Shown here piece by piece: positions 9,427 to 19,177 of a DNA stretch of 37,481 bases. The notes under the pieces were generated by a model. That model did no database searches. It was not told where the DNA came from and saw only the letters and a list, made by a program, of their open reading frames with translations. A program made the translations under genes and the position numbers. The stretch spans positions 1 to 37,481 of the forward strand of contig JAQVAJ010000001.1 in NCBI GenBank assembly GCA_028690885.1, given 5' to 3'. How positions within the stretch are numbered: the first letter of the stretch is position 1; the number at the start of each line of letters is the position of its first letter. This stretch comes from Clostridia bacterium (GTDB taxonomy: Bacteria; Bacillota; Clostridia; DUPQ01).

Positions 9427-10593
9427 ATGTTACTCGAAAGTTTAAAAGATTTATTTAATCAATCAGCATTTGTAAATATCACTTGGCAGCAAGGCATACT
9501 TATAGTAGTATCTCTTGTGCTGTTATATTTAGGAATAGTTAAGAAATTCGAGCCTCTTCTGCTTGTACCTATAGCTTTCGGTATGTTAGCTACGAATCTT
9601 CCTGGTTCAAACGTTTTTAATCCTGAATTATGGGAAAATATGAAGAATATTAATTATGGTGATGTCTTAAGAAATGGCGGATTACTGGATATATTATATA
9701 TTGGAATAAAAGTTGGTTTATTCCCACCACTTATATTTATGGGCATAGGAGCTATGACCGATTTCGGTCCTCTGATTGCTAATCCAAAAAGCTTTATACT
9801 AGGAGCATCAGCACAGTTTGGTATATTCTCTGCATATTTCTTAGCAACAAAATTGGGATTTACTGCAGCAGAATCAGGAGCGATTGGAATAATTGGCGGA
9901 GCAGACGGACCTACTGCCATTTATACTGCATCCATCTTGGCCCCACATCTTTTAGGAGCCATTGCTGTTGCGGCATATTCATATATGGCCTTAGTCCCAG
10001 TTATACAACCTCCGTTTATGAAGATGCTCACTACAAAAAAGGAAAGAGCAATTGTCATGGAGCAATTAAGACCTGTAAGTAAAACAGAGAAGATAATATT
10101 CCCTATACTAGTTACAATCGTTGTTGCATTCTTAATTCCAAGCGCAGCTGTTCTTGTCGCATCTTTAATGGTTGGAAACTTGCTTAAGGAAAGTGGTGTT
10201 ACTGATAGATTGTCAAAAACCTTGCAAAATGAATTTATTAACATTATAACTATTTGTCTCGGCCTTGCTGTGGGAGCTACAGCAACAGCATCTAATTTCT
10301 TAAAAGCAGAAACGCTTAAGATTCTTGGTCTTGGAGTATTAGCTTTCATATTCGGAACTATTACAGGAATACTGTTTGCTAAATTAATGAATGTTTTCAG
10401 TAAGAAAAAAATCAATCCTTTGATTGGTTCTGCCGGAGTTTCTGCAGTTCCTATGGCAGCAAGGATATCTCAGAAAGTTGCACAAAGCGAAAATCCGAAT
10501 ATATTCTTATTGATGCATGCGATGGGACCTAATGTTGCAGGAGTTATTGGTTCAGCCATTGCTGCGGGAGTTTTAATTTCACTTCTTGGATAA
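9427..10593 (+). CDS. Na+-translocating decarboxylase beta subunit (OadB/GcdB/MmdB family)
   Basis: 388-aa polytopic membrane protein. Family-typical segments include GGLLDILYIGIKVGLFPPLIFMGIGAMTDFGPL, IIGGADGPTAIY and IGSAGVSAVPMAARISQKV. Confidence 0.9.
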   Translation: MLLESLKDLFNQSAFVNITWQQGILIVVSLVLLYLGIVKKFEPLLLVPIAFGMLATNLPGSNVFNPELWENMKNINYGDVLRNGGLLDILYIGIKVGLFPPLIFMGIGAMTDFGPLIANPKSFILGASAQFGIFSAYFLATKLGFTAAESGAIGIIGGADGPTAIYTASILAPHLLGAIAVAAYSYMALVPVIQPPFMKMLTTKKERAIVMEQLRPVSKTEKIIFPILVTIVVAFLIPSAAVLVASLMVGNLLKESGVTDRLSKTLQNEFINIITICLGLAVGATATASNFLKAETLKILGLGVLAFIFGTITGILFAKLMNVFSKKKINPLIGSAGVSAVPMAARISQKVAQSENPNIFLLMHAMGPNVAGVIGSAIAAGVLISLLG

Positions 10594-10654
10594 AAGAATA
10601 ACCTAATCTAATAGAGTTGAAAGAGTAAAAATATAAAATATAGAACATAGAATG

Positions 10655-10678
10655 ACAGGGGAAACCCTGTTATTTTTT
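10655..10678 (+). terminator. Rho-independent terminator after the oadB-like gene
   Basis: ACAGGG-GAAA-CCCTGT hairpin (10655-10670) followed by TATTTTTT. Confidence 0.75.
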
Positions 10679-10681
10679 AAA

Positions 10682-10719
10682 ATTAACATATTGAAAATAT
10701 TATAAACATATGTTAATAT
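10682..10719 (+). promoter_or_regulatory. Putative gdhA promoter bracketed by a perfect 10-bp inverted repeat (candidate operator)
   Basis: -35 TTGAAA (10691-10696), 17-nt spacer, -10 TAATAT (10714-10719). The inverted repeat is ATTAACATAT (10682-10691) and ATATGTTAAT (10708-10717). Confidence 0.45.
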
Positions 10720-10764
10720 AACTAAAATGATTTTTGTTTAATGAAATAATGCAAAAAATACTAA

Positions 10765-12138
<1,374 letters not shown>

Positions 12139-12165
12139 TAATATTCGTTTTTTAATATGCAAATT

Positions 12166-12196
12166 TAGAACTGTTCTAAACAGTTCTATTTTTTTG
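12166..12196 (+). terminator. Rho-independent terminator after gdhA
   Basis: TAGAACTGTT / AACAGTTCTA, a 9-10 bp stem with a 3-5 nt loop, followed by seven T residues (12189-12195). Confidence 0.85.
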
Positions 12197-12243
12197 CAGA
12201 ATTCAATTTTTACTAATTTTTAATGATCGTTTTAAAAATTTTA

Positions 12244-12271
12244 TTGATATTTTCTGATAATATGATAGAAT
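12244..12271 (+). promoter_or_regulatory. Putative sigma-A promoter of the pheST leader
   Basis: TTGATA (12244-12249), 16-nt spacer, TAGAAT (12266-12271) with an extended -10 TG at 12263-12264. Confidence 0.55.
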
Positions 12272-12284
12272 ACTGTAAACACTA

Positions 12285-12511
12285 TGAAGAAAGAAAGTAC
12301 CCTTATCTGATTTTTCAAAGAGAGACAATGCCTTGGCTGAAAGCGTTGTAAAGAGCAATTTGGGGAAGTTCCTTTTGGAGTGGTCCGGTTGAAAATTATA
12401 TGTAGGCTGGAACGGATGGACACCGATAGAAGTCTCTAGCATTGTTGGATGCGTAGTCTCATGGTTTGAATCAGCTTTCGCCCTATTGGGATGAAGGCTT
12501 TATTTATATTT
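12285..12511 (+). promoter_or_regulatory. pheST 5' leader, probable T-box riboswitch (Phe) ending in an intrinsic terminator
   Basis: Stem I hallmarks appear in the correct order. They are GAAAGTA (12293-12299), the AG bay AGAGAG (12319-12324), and helix ACAATGC/GCGTTGT enclosing the distal loop CTTGGCTGAAA (12325-12349). A UUC Phe codon sits in GGGGAAGUUCC (12369-12371). A terminator hairpin precedes the RBS. A canonical GGGTGGTACCGCG T-box motif is not clearly placed, which lowers confidence. Confidence 0.65.
12473..12511 (+). terminator. Leader (attenuator) terminator upstream of pheS
   Basis: AGCTTTCGCCC-TATT-GGGATGAAGGCT forms about 11 bp with one bulge and G-U pairs, followed by TTATTTATATTT. 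It ends 3 nt before the GGAGGA RBS (12514-12519). Confidence 0.7.
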
Positions 12512-12527
12512 ACGGAGGAAAAGAAAA

Positions 12528-13544
12528 ATGTTACAGCTGGATAATATGTTAATAACAGCACAAAGCGAGATTTCTTCAGCAAAAGACATGAAGAGGATTG
12601 AAGAACTGAAGGTTCAATACTTAGGAAAAAAAGGAGAACTTACTCAGATATTAAGAGGTATGAGTTCTCTTTCACCTGAAGAAAGACCTGCAGCTGGAAA
12701 AGCTGCTAATGAAGCACGCGAAAAACTGAATATGCTGTTTGATGAGATGGAGCAAAAAATCCAGTATAACGTACTTAATGAAAGACTGGAAAAAGAGACT
12801 ATTGATGTTACAATGCCGGGAGTAAAAAATGAAATTGGTTCTATGCATCCTCTTTCACAAGTTATACAGAAAATAGAGGATATATTTATTGGATTAGGAT
12901 ATCAGATTGCAGAAGGTCCAGAAATTGAAACTGTTCATTATAATTTCGATCAATTAAATACACCGGAAAATCATCCATCAAAAGATGAACAGGATACATT
13001 CTATTTTGATGCACAAAAGCTTTTAAGGACACAGACCTCTCCTGTTCAAGCAAGGGTAATGGAACGTACAAATCCACCCATTAGAATAATATGTCCTGGA
13101 AGAGTATACAGATCTGATGAGATTGATGCTACTCATTCACCTTTATTCCATCAGGTAGAAGGACTTGTTGTTGATAAGGGAATAACAATGGGGAATCTGG
13201 TTGCGACTTTAAAATTATTTGCAAAAGAACTATTTGGGGAGTTTACAGAGATAAGGCTTCGTCCTCATTACTTTCCATTCACTGAACCAAGCGCAGAAGT
13301 TGATGTAAGCTGCTGGGTATGTAAAGGTAAAGGTTGTCCTGTTTGTAAGTATGAGGGATTTATTGAAATACTAGGTGCAGGTATGGTACATCCAAATGTT
13401 TTGAGAAACTGCGGGATTGATCCTGACATTTACACAGGCTTCGCATTTGGATTAGGTGTTGAGCGTACAGCTATGGCGGTATTTGGTATAAATGATTTAC
13501 GCTTATTATATGAAAATGACATGAGATTCTTGTCTCAATTCTAG
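12528..13544 (+). CDS. pheS: Phenylalanine--tRNA ligase alpha subunit
   Basis: Class II aaRS motifs: RTQTSPVQAR, PGRVYRSDEIDATHSPLFHQVEGLVVD, FPFTEPSAEVDV and GFAFGLGVERTAM. 338 aa. Confidence 0.97.
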   Translation: MLQLDNMLITAQSEISSAKDMKRIEELKVQYLGKKGELTQILRGMSSLSPEERPAAGKAANEAREKLNMLFDEMEQKIQYNVLNERLEKETIDVTMPGVKNEIGSMHPLSQVIQKIEDIFIGLGYQIAEGPEIETVHYNFDQLNTPENHPSKDEQDTFYFDAQKLLRTQTSPVQARVMERTNPPIRIICPGRVYRSDEIDATHSPLFHQVEGLVVDKGITMGNLVATLKLFAKELFGEFTEIRLRPHYFPFTEPSAEVDVSCWVCKGKGCPVCKYEGFIEILGAGMVHPNVLRNCGIDPDIYTGFAFGLGVERTAMAVFGINDLRLLYENDMRFLSQF

Positions 13545-13554
13545 GAGGATATAT

Positions 13555-15933
13555 ATGAAAACACCAATAAGCTGGTTAAGAGATTTTGTTAAAATAGATA
13601 GAGATATAAAAAGTTTTTGTGATTTAATGACAATGAGTGGAACAAAAGTTGAAGGTTATTCAATTGTTGGAAAAGAGATAAATCGTGTTGTTACTGGAAA
13701 AATTCTAGAATTATGGAATCATCCTGATTCTGATCATCTGCTAATTGCAAAAGTTGATGTTAAAGAATCTGTTCTTCAGATTGTTACAGGTGCTCCAAAT
13801 GTCAAGGTAGGACAAATAGTACCTATAGCTTTAGATAATTCAACTCTGCCAAAAGGTAAAATAATCAGAAAAGGTAAATTAAGAGGAGAATTATCTGAGG
13901 GTATGATGTGTTCTGTTCAGGAACTTAATCTTACAAAACATGATTATCCTGATGCTTGCGATGATGGAATATGGATTTTAAAAGAAGACACTCCTATCGG
14001 AATGGATATTAAAAAATATGCAGGTCTTGACGATACTGTTGTTGAATTTGAAATAACTCCGAACAGACAGGATTGTTATTGTATTAAAGGTATTGCAAGA
14101 GAAGCATCGGCTGCTCTCAATGTTCCAATAAAAGAAAAACAAATTGCATTAAAAGAGCAGGGAAAAGGAAAATCTTCTGATTATATAAAAATAACTATAT
14201 CAGCATACGATTTATGTTCAAGATATTGTGGCAGGATTATAACTGATGTTGTAATCGAGCCATCTCCTGAATGGATGCGTCAAAGACTTAGAAATGCTGG
14301 AGTAAGACCTATAAATAACATAGTTGATATCACTAATTATGTTATGCTGGAATTAGGGCAGCCAATGCATGCATTTGACTTAAACTATATTGAAGGTGGT
14401 CTTATAAATGTAAGAAGAGCATATAATGATGAATTAGTTATTACTCTAGATGAAAAAGAAAGAGAACTTGACAGTTCTATGCTAGTAATATCAGATGCTA
14501 AAAAAACTGTTGCTGTAGCAGGTATTATGGGAGCTATGAATAGCGAAGTAAATGAGAACACTAAAACAGTTCTTTTTGAATCTGCTATGTTTAATCCGAC
14601 AAGCATTAGAATAACTGCAAAGAAGCTTGGCATGCGTACAGATTCATCTGCTCTTTTTGAAAAAGGACTTGATGCAAATAATACTTTGACTGCTATCAAC
14701 AGAGCATGTGAGCTAGTTGAGATGATTGGTGCAGGTAAAGTATCAAAGGGAATAATTGATGTACATAAAGAATTGCCAATGCCAAATAGTGTATTGCTTG
14801 ATTCAGATAAGATAAATACTCTTTTAGGTACTGACATTAAGATAAATGATATGAAGTCAATACTTACAAGATTAGGTATGAGTATTAAGTCAGATAATAC
14901 AGTAGTTGTTCCGACTTTCAGACCAGATGTTTCAACATATGCTGATCTTGCAGAAGAAATTGCTAGGTTATATGGTTACAACAAAATAGTACCTTCTCTG
15001 ACATTGGGACAATCGGTAACTCAAGGAGCAAGAACGCATATTCAAAATGTCAGAAAAACTATTAGTGAAACATTAGTTTGTTGCGGATTGTATGAAATAA
15101 TGACTTATTCGTTTATCAGCCCTAAGAATTTCGATAAGCTTGGATTAGATATGAATAATCCTCTTAGAGATTGCATGGTTATAAAAAATCCATTGGGGGA
15201 AGATTTTTCAGTTATGCGAACAACTACTATACCAGGAATGCTAAAGGTATTATCTTACAATAGCAACAGAAATTTACAAAAAGCAAGATTTTTTGAAATT
15301 GGAAAAACATATCATCCTAGTGATAATTTAGCAAAAGAAATCGACTATATAACTGTTGGCATGTATGGCTCATGTGATTTTTACGATATAAAAGGAGTTG
15401 CAGAAAGTGTGCTGAAAAGATTAGGGATAACAGATGTTTTTTATAGCACGAATATGGAAAATGAAGTATTTCATAAAGGAAGATGTGCTGACATAATCCA
15501 TGATGGAAGCAAAATTGGTATTCTTGGACAGATAGATTACAAAGTCACTGAAGCTTTTGATGCTCCTGATGAATCATATATCCTTATTATGCCGATTGAA
15601 GAGTTAGCTCAAAAGACTGATTTTTCCAGAAACTTCAAGTCTTTACCTAAGTATCCTTCATCACAGAGAGATCTTTCAGTAGTAGTTAATAAATCTATTT
15701 TGTCTGCAGATTTACTGAATGAGTCAAGGAAGGTTGCCAAGGATATTTTAGAAGATGTTCAGTTGTTTGACATGTATACAGGAGGCCAGATTGAAGAGGG
15801 CTATAAGAGCCTCTCATATGCGTTCACATTCAGATCAATTGAAAGAACTCTTGAAGAAGATGAAGTTAATAAAGCAATGTCTGATATTATAAATATTTTA
15901 GAAAAGAAATTTGATGCAAAGATAAGATGTTAG
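13555..15933 (+). CDS. pheT: Phenylalanine--tRNA ligase beta subunit
   Basis: 792 aa. N-terminal MKTPISWLRDFV and a tRNA-binding (EMAP-like) domain (HPDSDHLLIAKVD), followed by B3/4, B5 and ferredoxin-fold anticodon-binding regions. AGGAGG RBS. Follows pheS by 10 nt. Confidence 0.97.
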   Translation: MKTPISWLRDFVKIDRDIKSFCDLMTMSGTKVEGYSIVGKEINRVVTGKILELWNHPDSDHLLIAKVDVKESVLQIVTGAPNVKVGQIVPIALDNSTLPKGKIIRKGKLRGELSEGMMCSVQELNLTKHDYPDACDDGIWILKEDTPIGMDIKKYAGLDDTVVEFEITPNRQDCYCIKGIAREASAALNVPIKEKQIALKEQGKGKSSDYIKITISAYDLCSRYCGRIITDVVIEPSPEWMRQRLRNAGVRPINNIVDITNYVMLELGQPMHAFDLNYIEGGLINVRRAYNDELVITLDEKERELDSSMLVISDAKKTVAVAGIMGAMNSEVNENTKTVLFESAMFNPTSIRITAKKLGMRTDSSALFEKGLDANNTLTAINRACELVEMIGAGKVSKGIIDVHKELPMPNSVLLDSDKINTLLGTDIKINDMKSILTRLGMSIKSDNTVVVPTFRPDVSTYADLAEEIARLYGYNKIVPSLTLGQSVTQGARTHIQNVRKTISETLVCCGLYEIMTYSFISPKNFDKLGLDMNNPLRDCMVIKNPLGEDFSVMRTTTIPGMLKVLSYNSNRNLQKARFFEIGKTYHPSDNLAKEIDYITVGMYGSCDFYDIKGVAESVLKRLGITDVFYSTNMENEVFHKGRCADIIHDGSKIGILGQIDYKVTEAFDAPDESYILIMPIEELAQKTDFSRNFKSLPKYPSSQRDLSVVVNKSILSADLLNESRKVAKDILEDVQLFDMYTGGQIEEGYKSLSYAFTFRSIERTLEEDEVNKAMSDIINILEKKFDAKIRC

Positions 15934-16319
15934 AGGATGTATATAAAAGATTTGAAAATGACAGGTTTGCTTATGGCCTTCTGAACTGTGAAATTGTTGA
16001 GATTTCAGAGGGGAAGGCCTCAGCTTCACTTATGGTAAAGAGAGACCATTTGAATGGTGTTGATCTTTGTCAGGGAGGTGTTATATATTCACTTGCTGAT
16101 TTTTCTTGCGCAATGGCTGCGAATTCATATGGTCCGGTCTGTGTAACACTTGAAAATAATATTATATATAAGAAGTCAGTTAAAGAAGGGGAAATCATGA
16201 TTGCCTCATCCTTGGTTATTGAAAGAATGAAGAAAATACTAATATGTGAATGTGTAATCACCGTAAATTATGAGATCAGGGTAATAATGAAGTCCAAGTT
16301 GTTGAGTGTTGAGCAATAA
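15927..16319 (+). CDS. PaaI/YbgC-like hotdog-fold thioesterase
   Basis: 130 aa. N-terminal F..LG..I.E...G.A...M motif (FAYGLLNCEIVEISEGKASASLMV) and the HGG-like stretch LCQGGVIYSLADFSCAMAA typical of PaaI-type thioesterases. The ATG lies inside the last codons of pheT (7-nt overlap). Confidence 0.75.
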   Translation: MLEDVYKRFENDRFAYGLLNCEIVEISEGKASASLMVKRDHLNGVDLCQGGVIYSLADFSCAMAANSYGPVCVTLENNIIYKKSVKEGEIMIASSLVIERMKKILICECVITVNYEIRVIMKSKLLSVEQ

Positions 16320-16360
16320 TGTAATATACTTTACATTAAAGAAGATGAAAGGCATTGTTG

Positions 16361-17485
16361 ATGTTCAATAAAATCAGCGTCAGGACATTTTTTAAAAAGT
16401 TTGATTATATTCTTTTAGGATTAGTCTTAGCTTTAACAGCAATAGGTATTGTTGCTATGCCTAGTGTTGTTGATACTATGAATTCCGGTCCGTCAATTCT
16501 TAAAACGCAATTATTCAGTATAGCTTTAGGATTATTTTTGTGCTTGGGATTTTCCATATTGGATTACTCATTTTTGCGCTACTGGGGTATTGCATTCTAT
16601 ATAATAGGTTTATTAATGCTTATGTATGTTATTCCATTCGGATATGGCAGAGATAATGTTAATATTGGATCGAATAGCTGGATAGATTTATTCGGAGTAT
16701 TCAGTTTTCAACCTTCTGAACTAATGAAAGTAGCATATATGATGTTCCTTCCTTCTCAATTTGAGCTGCTTAAAGAGGAATTTTCCCTAAAAAGACTTAT
16801 ATTTATTGCAATATCAGGAATTCTACCTATAGGTCTTATCCTTATGCAGCCAGACTTAGGAACTGCAACTGTTTTTGCTTTTTCTTTTGCAGTACTAATA
16901 TTTGTATATGGTATTAAATACAGATATATAATTTTATCTGTACTGGCTTTGGGTATTTCCTTGCCTTTTATTTGGATGTTTTTGGATGACTGGCAAAAAA
17001 ATAGGATTCGTGTTTTTATTGATCCGACTTTTGATCCTACTGGTGCAGGATATCAGACATCAAAATCTATCGTTGCTTTAGGTAGCGGAGGATGGTCTGG
17101 AGCAGGTCTTTTTAATGGTATTCAAACTCAGGGTAATGGAATACCCATTAAAGAATCAGATTTCATTTTTTCTGCAATTGGAGAAGAATTGGGATTCATA
17201 GGATGTGCTGCTATAGTGTTATTAGCCTTTGGGATTATTATCAGATGTATATACATTGCATCAAAATGTGCAAGTTATTATGGTCAGTTCATAGTTGCAG
17301 GTATGTCTGCAATGATAGCTTTCCATTTTATAGAAAATATTGGAATGAATATAGGACTTCTTCCTGTAACGGGAATACCTCTGCCATTTATATCTGCAGG
17401 AGGCACAAACCTTATAGGAAGTTTTGCAATGATTGGAATAATAATATCTGCTTCAATCAGAAGAGAACAGGTTAAAAGGTTGTAA
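16361..17485 (+). CDS. SEDS-family peptidoglycan glycosyltransferase (RodA/FtsW/SpoVE family)
   Basis: About 10 TM helices. Motifs FQPSELMKV, QPDLGTA, SDFIFSAIGEELGFIG and GIPLPFISAGGT. The ORF track starts at TTG 16355. ATG 16361 is better spaced (8 nt) from GAAAGG at 16347-16352. Confidence 0.9.
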   Translation: MFNKISVRTFFKKFDYILLGLVLALTAIGIVAMPSVVDTMNSGPSILKTQLFSIALGLFLCLGFSILDYSFLRYWGIAFYIIGLLMLMYVIPFGYGRDNVNIGSNSWIDLFGVFSFQPSELMKVAYMMFLPSQFELLKEEFSLKRLIFIAISGILPIGLILMQPDLGTATVFAFSFAVLIFVYGIKYRYIILSVLALGISLPFIWMFLDDWQKNRIRVFIDPTFDPTGAGYQTSKSIVALGSGGWSGAGLFNGIQTQGNGIPIKESDFIFSAIGEELGFIGCAAIVLLAFGIIIRCIYIASKCASYYGQFIVAGMSAMIAFHFIENIGMNIGLLPVTGIPLPFISAGGTNLIGSFAMIGIIISASIRREQVKRL

Positions 17486-17506
17486 ATAATATAAAGAGTG
17501 ATTTTG

Positions 17507-17539
17507 AAGACGTCTCTGATAGAGGCGTTTTTTTATTTT
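17507..17539 (+). terminator. Rho-independent terminator after the SEDS gene
   Basis: ACGTCTCT-GAT-AGAGGCGT hairpin (17510-17528) followed by TTTTTTATTTT. Confidence 0.8.
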
Positions 17540-17568
17540 GAAAATGTAAAAAAAGTGTGAAAATAGTA

Positions 17569-17598
17569 TTGACAAAGGCAGGAAATGAGGTGTAAAAT
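17569..17598 (+). promoter_or_regulatory. Putative dcw-cluster (mraZ) promoter
   Basis: TTGACA (17569-17574), 18-nt spacer, TAAAAT (17593-17598) preceded by TG. Confidence 0.6.
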
Positions 17599-17604
17599 GT
17601 AGGC

Positions 17605-17644
17605 AAGTGGTTACAAAGTGGTGTATAAGTGGTTATTTAGTGTA
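17605..17644 (+). promoter_or_regulatory. Array of direct repeats, candidate MraZ operator
   Basis: AAGTGGT occurs at 17605-17611, 17616-17622 and 17627-17633, with a degenerate TAGTGTA at 17638-17644. The period is exactly 11 bp. The array lies between the -10 element and the mraZ RBS (GGAG, 17647-17650). Confidence 0.6.
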
Positions 17645-17658
17645 TTGGAGATAAGCTG

Positions 17659-18132
17659 ATGGCAATGTATGGTGAATTTACACATAGGGTGGATGATAAG
17701 GGCAGAGTGATTCTTCCAGTATCTATGCGTGAAGTTCTCGGAGACAAATTTGTAATTGCTAAAAGTTCTGACAGTACATTGAAAATTCTATACCTTTACA
17801 CAAGAGAAGATTGGGAAAAAATAATTGAAGCTGGTGCAAGAATAGCAGCAAAAGACAGAAGTAAAGCAACATATGTAAGACAACTATCTGCAAGTGGTAA
17901 AGACACTGAACTTGATAGTCAGAACAGGGTACTGATTCCAATTGAATTGAGAAATTACGCAAACATAGGTAAAGAAACAGTTTTATTAGGATTAGGAAAC
18001 AGAGTTGAGATTTGGAATAAGGAATCTTATTACATTAATCATCCTGATGAAACAGAAGTAACTAAAGAAAAAGCTCAAGAAGATGCTGATAAAGTAGCTT
18101 CACTTCTTGAAGAAATAGCACTACTGCAATGA
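17659..18132 (+). CDS. mraZ: Transcriptional regulator MraZ
   Basis: Two SpoVT-AbrB-like half-domains carrying the DxxGR motif (VDDKGRVILP and LDSQNRVLIP). 157 aa. First gene of the dcw cluster. Confidence 0.95.
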   Translation: MAMYGEFTHRVDDKGRVILPVSMREVLGDKFVIAKSSDSTLKILYLYTREDWEKIIEAGARIAAKDRSKATYVRQLSASGKDTELDSQNRVLIPIELRNYANIGKETVLLGLGNRVEIWNKESYYINHPDETEVTKEKAQEDADKVASLLEEIALLQ

Positions 18133-19073
18133 AAGAGTATTCACACGAATCGGTAATGGCCGATGAATGTATTGAATATCTGAATATTGACAAAAGAGGA
18201 ACTTACATTGATTGCACTGCCGGAGGAGGCGGTCACTCAGTAAGAATATACGAAAGATTAAACGAGGATGGATTGCTTATAGCCTGTGATCAGGATATCA
18301 AAGCATGTGAAGTAACAAAAGAAAGACTCGAAAAGTACAACAGAAAAACGAAATTTATAGTATTACATGAAAATTTCGTGAACATTGACAAGGTAATATC
18401 AGAATATTGTCCAGAAGGTGCAGATGGAATACTACTTGATTTGGGAGTTTCCTCATATCAGTTGGACAACGAAGAAAGAGGCTTCTCGTATCATATGGAT
18501 GGACCATTAGATATGAGAATGGATCAGACAAAGGATAAAACCGCATATGATGTGGTAAATAATTACACTAAAGAAGAACTTTCCCAAATACTATTTGAAT
18601 ATGGGGAAGAAAAACACTCAAGAAGAATAGCAGAAGCTATAGTACACAAAAGAAAAGATGAACTGATAAGTACAACAAATCAGCTTGCAGAAATAATTAA
18701 AGAAGCATATCCAGCAAAAGAAAGATTTAAAGGTAAGCATCCTGCAAGGAAAACATTTCAAGCGATTCGTATAGAAGTTAACGATGAGCTTACAGTTTTA
18801 AAGCAAATGTTACCAAAAGCAGCATTTTCACTAAAGAGTAAAGGCAGGTTAGCAGTTATAACATTCCATTCTTTGGAGGATAGAATTGTTAAAAATGCTT
18901 TTAAGGAGTTAATTGATCCGTGTACTTGCCCGAAATCCTTTCCGGTATGTGTTTGTAACAAAGTGGCTCAGCATAAATTAATTGTTAAAAAACCGCTTGT
19001 ACCGAAAAGTGAAGAAACACAAAAGAATTACAGATCGAGAAGTTCTAAGCTAAGAGTGCTTGAAAGAACTTAA
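18129..19073 (+). CDS. rsmH: 16S rRNA (cytosine1402-N4)-methyltransferase
   Basis: HESVMADECIEYL, SAM motif DCTAGGGGHS, DLGVSSYQLD, and GRLAVITFHSLEDRIVK. ATGA overlap with mraZ. Confidence 0.95.
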   Translation: MKEYSHESVMADECIEYLNIDKRGTYIDCTAGGGGHSVRIYERLNEDGLLIACDQDIKACEVTKERLEKYNRKTKFIVLHENFVNIDKVISEYCPEGADGILLDLGVSSYQLDNEERGFSYHMDGPLDMRMDQTKDKTAYDVVNNYTKEELSQILFEYGEEKHSRRIAEAIVHKRKDELISTTNQLAEIIKEAYPAKERFKGKHPARKTFQAIRIEVNDELTVLKQMLPKAAFSLKSKGRLAVITFHSLEDRIVKNAFKELIDPCTCPKSFPVCVCNKVAQHKLIVKKPLVPKSEETQKNYRSRSSKLRVLERT

Positions 19074-19145
19074 AGATATACACTAAAGATAAAGCGTTTA
19101 CGCTAAAACACTCAAGAAATCTTAAAACACTAAAGAAAAGGAAAG

Positions 19146-19177
19146 CCGGTTGTAAAAATTCCCCCTTTTACAACCGG
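19146..19177 (+). other. Strong intergenic hairpin between rsmH and ftsL, without a U-tract
   Basis: Perfect 12-bp arms CCGGTTGTAAAA / TTTTACAACCGG with the 8-nt loop ATTCCCCC. It is followed by a small GGTC-TTT-GACC hairpin, not by a T run. Confidence 0.6.

Noticed and set aside
12203-12442. Two minus-strand ORFs (79 and 60 aa) between gdhA and pheS.
   Set aside because: They cover the pheST leader, which is better explained as a promoter, T-box Stem I and terminator on the + strand. They have no RBS or motifs.
15927-16319. Hotdog thioesterase translationally overlapping pheT, considered as a possible functional link to Phe-tRNA synthetase.
   Set aside because: Small housekeeping genes are often appended to aaRS operons. 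The sequence itself gives no mechanistic link.
16318-16337. ATGTAA-6 nt-TTACAT hairpin after the thioesterase gene, considered as a possible terminator.
   Set aside because: It has only 6 AT-rich base pairs and no downstream T-tract, and the SEDS gene RBS follows immediately. Read-through is likely.
17203-17475. Same-strand 90-aa ORF overlapping the 3' end of the SEDS gene in another frame.
   Set aside because: It is Cys/Tyr/Asn-rich nonsense with no RBS. The overlapping frame carries the conserved SEDS C-terminal motifs (GIPLPFISAGGT).
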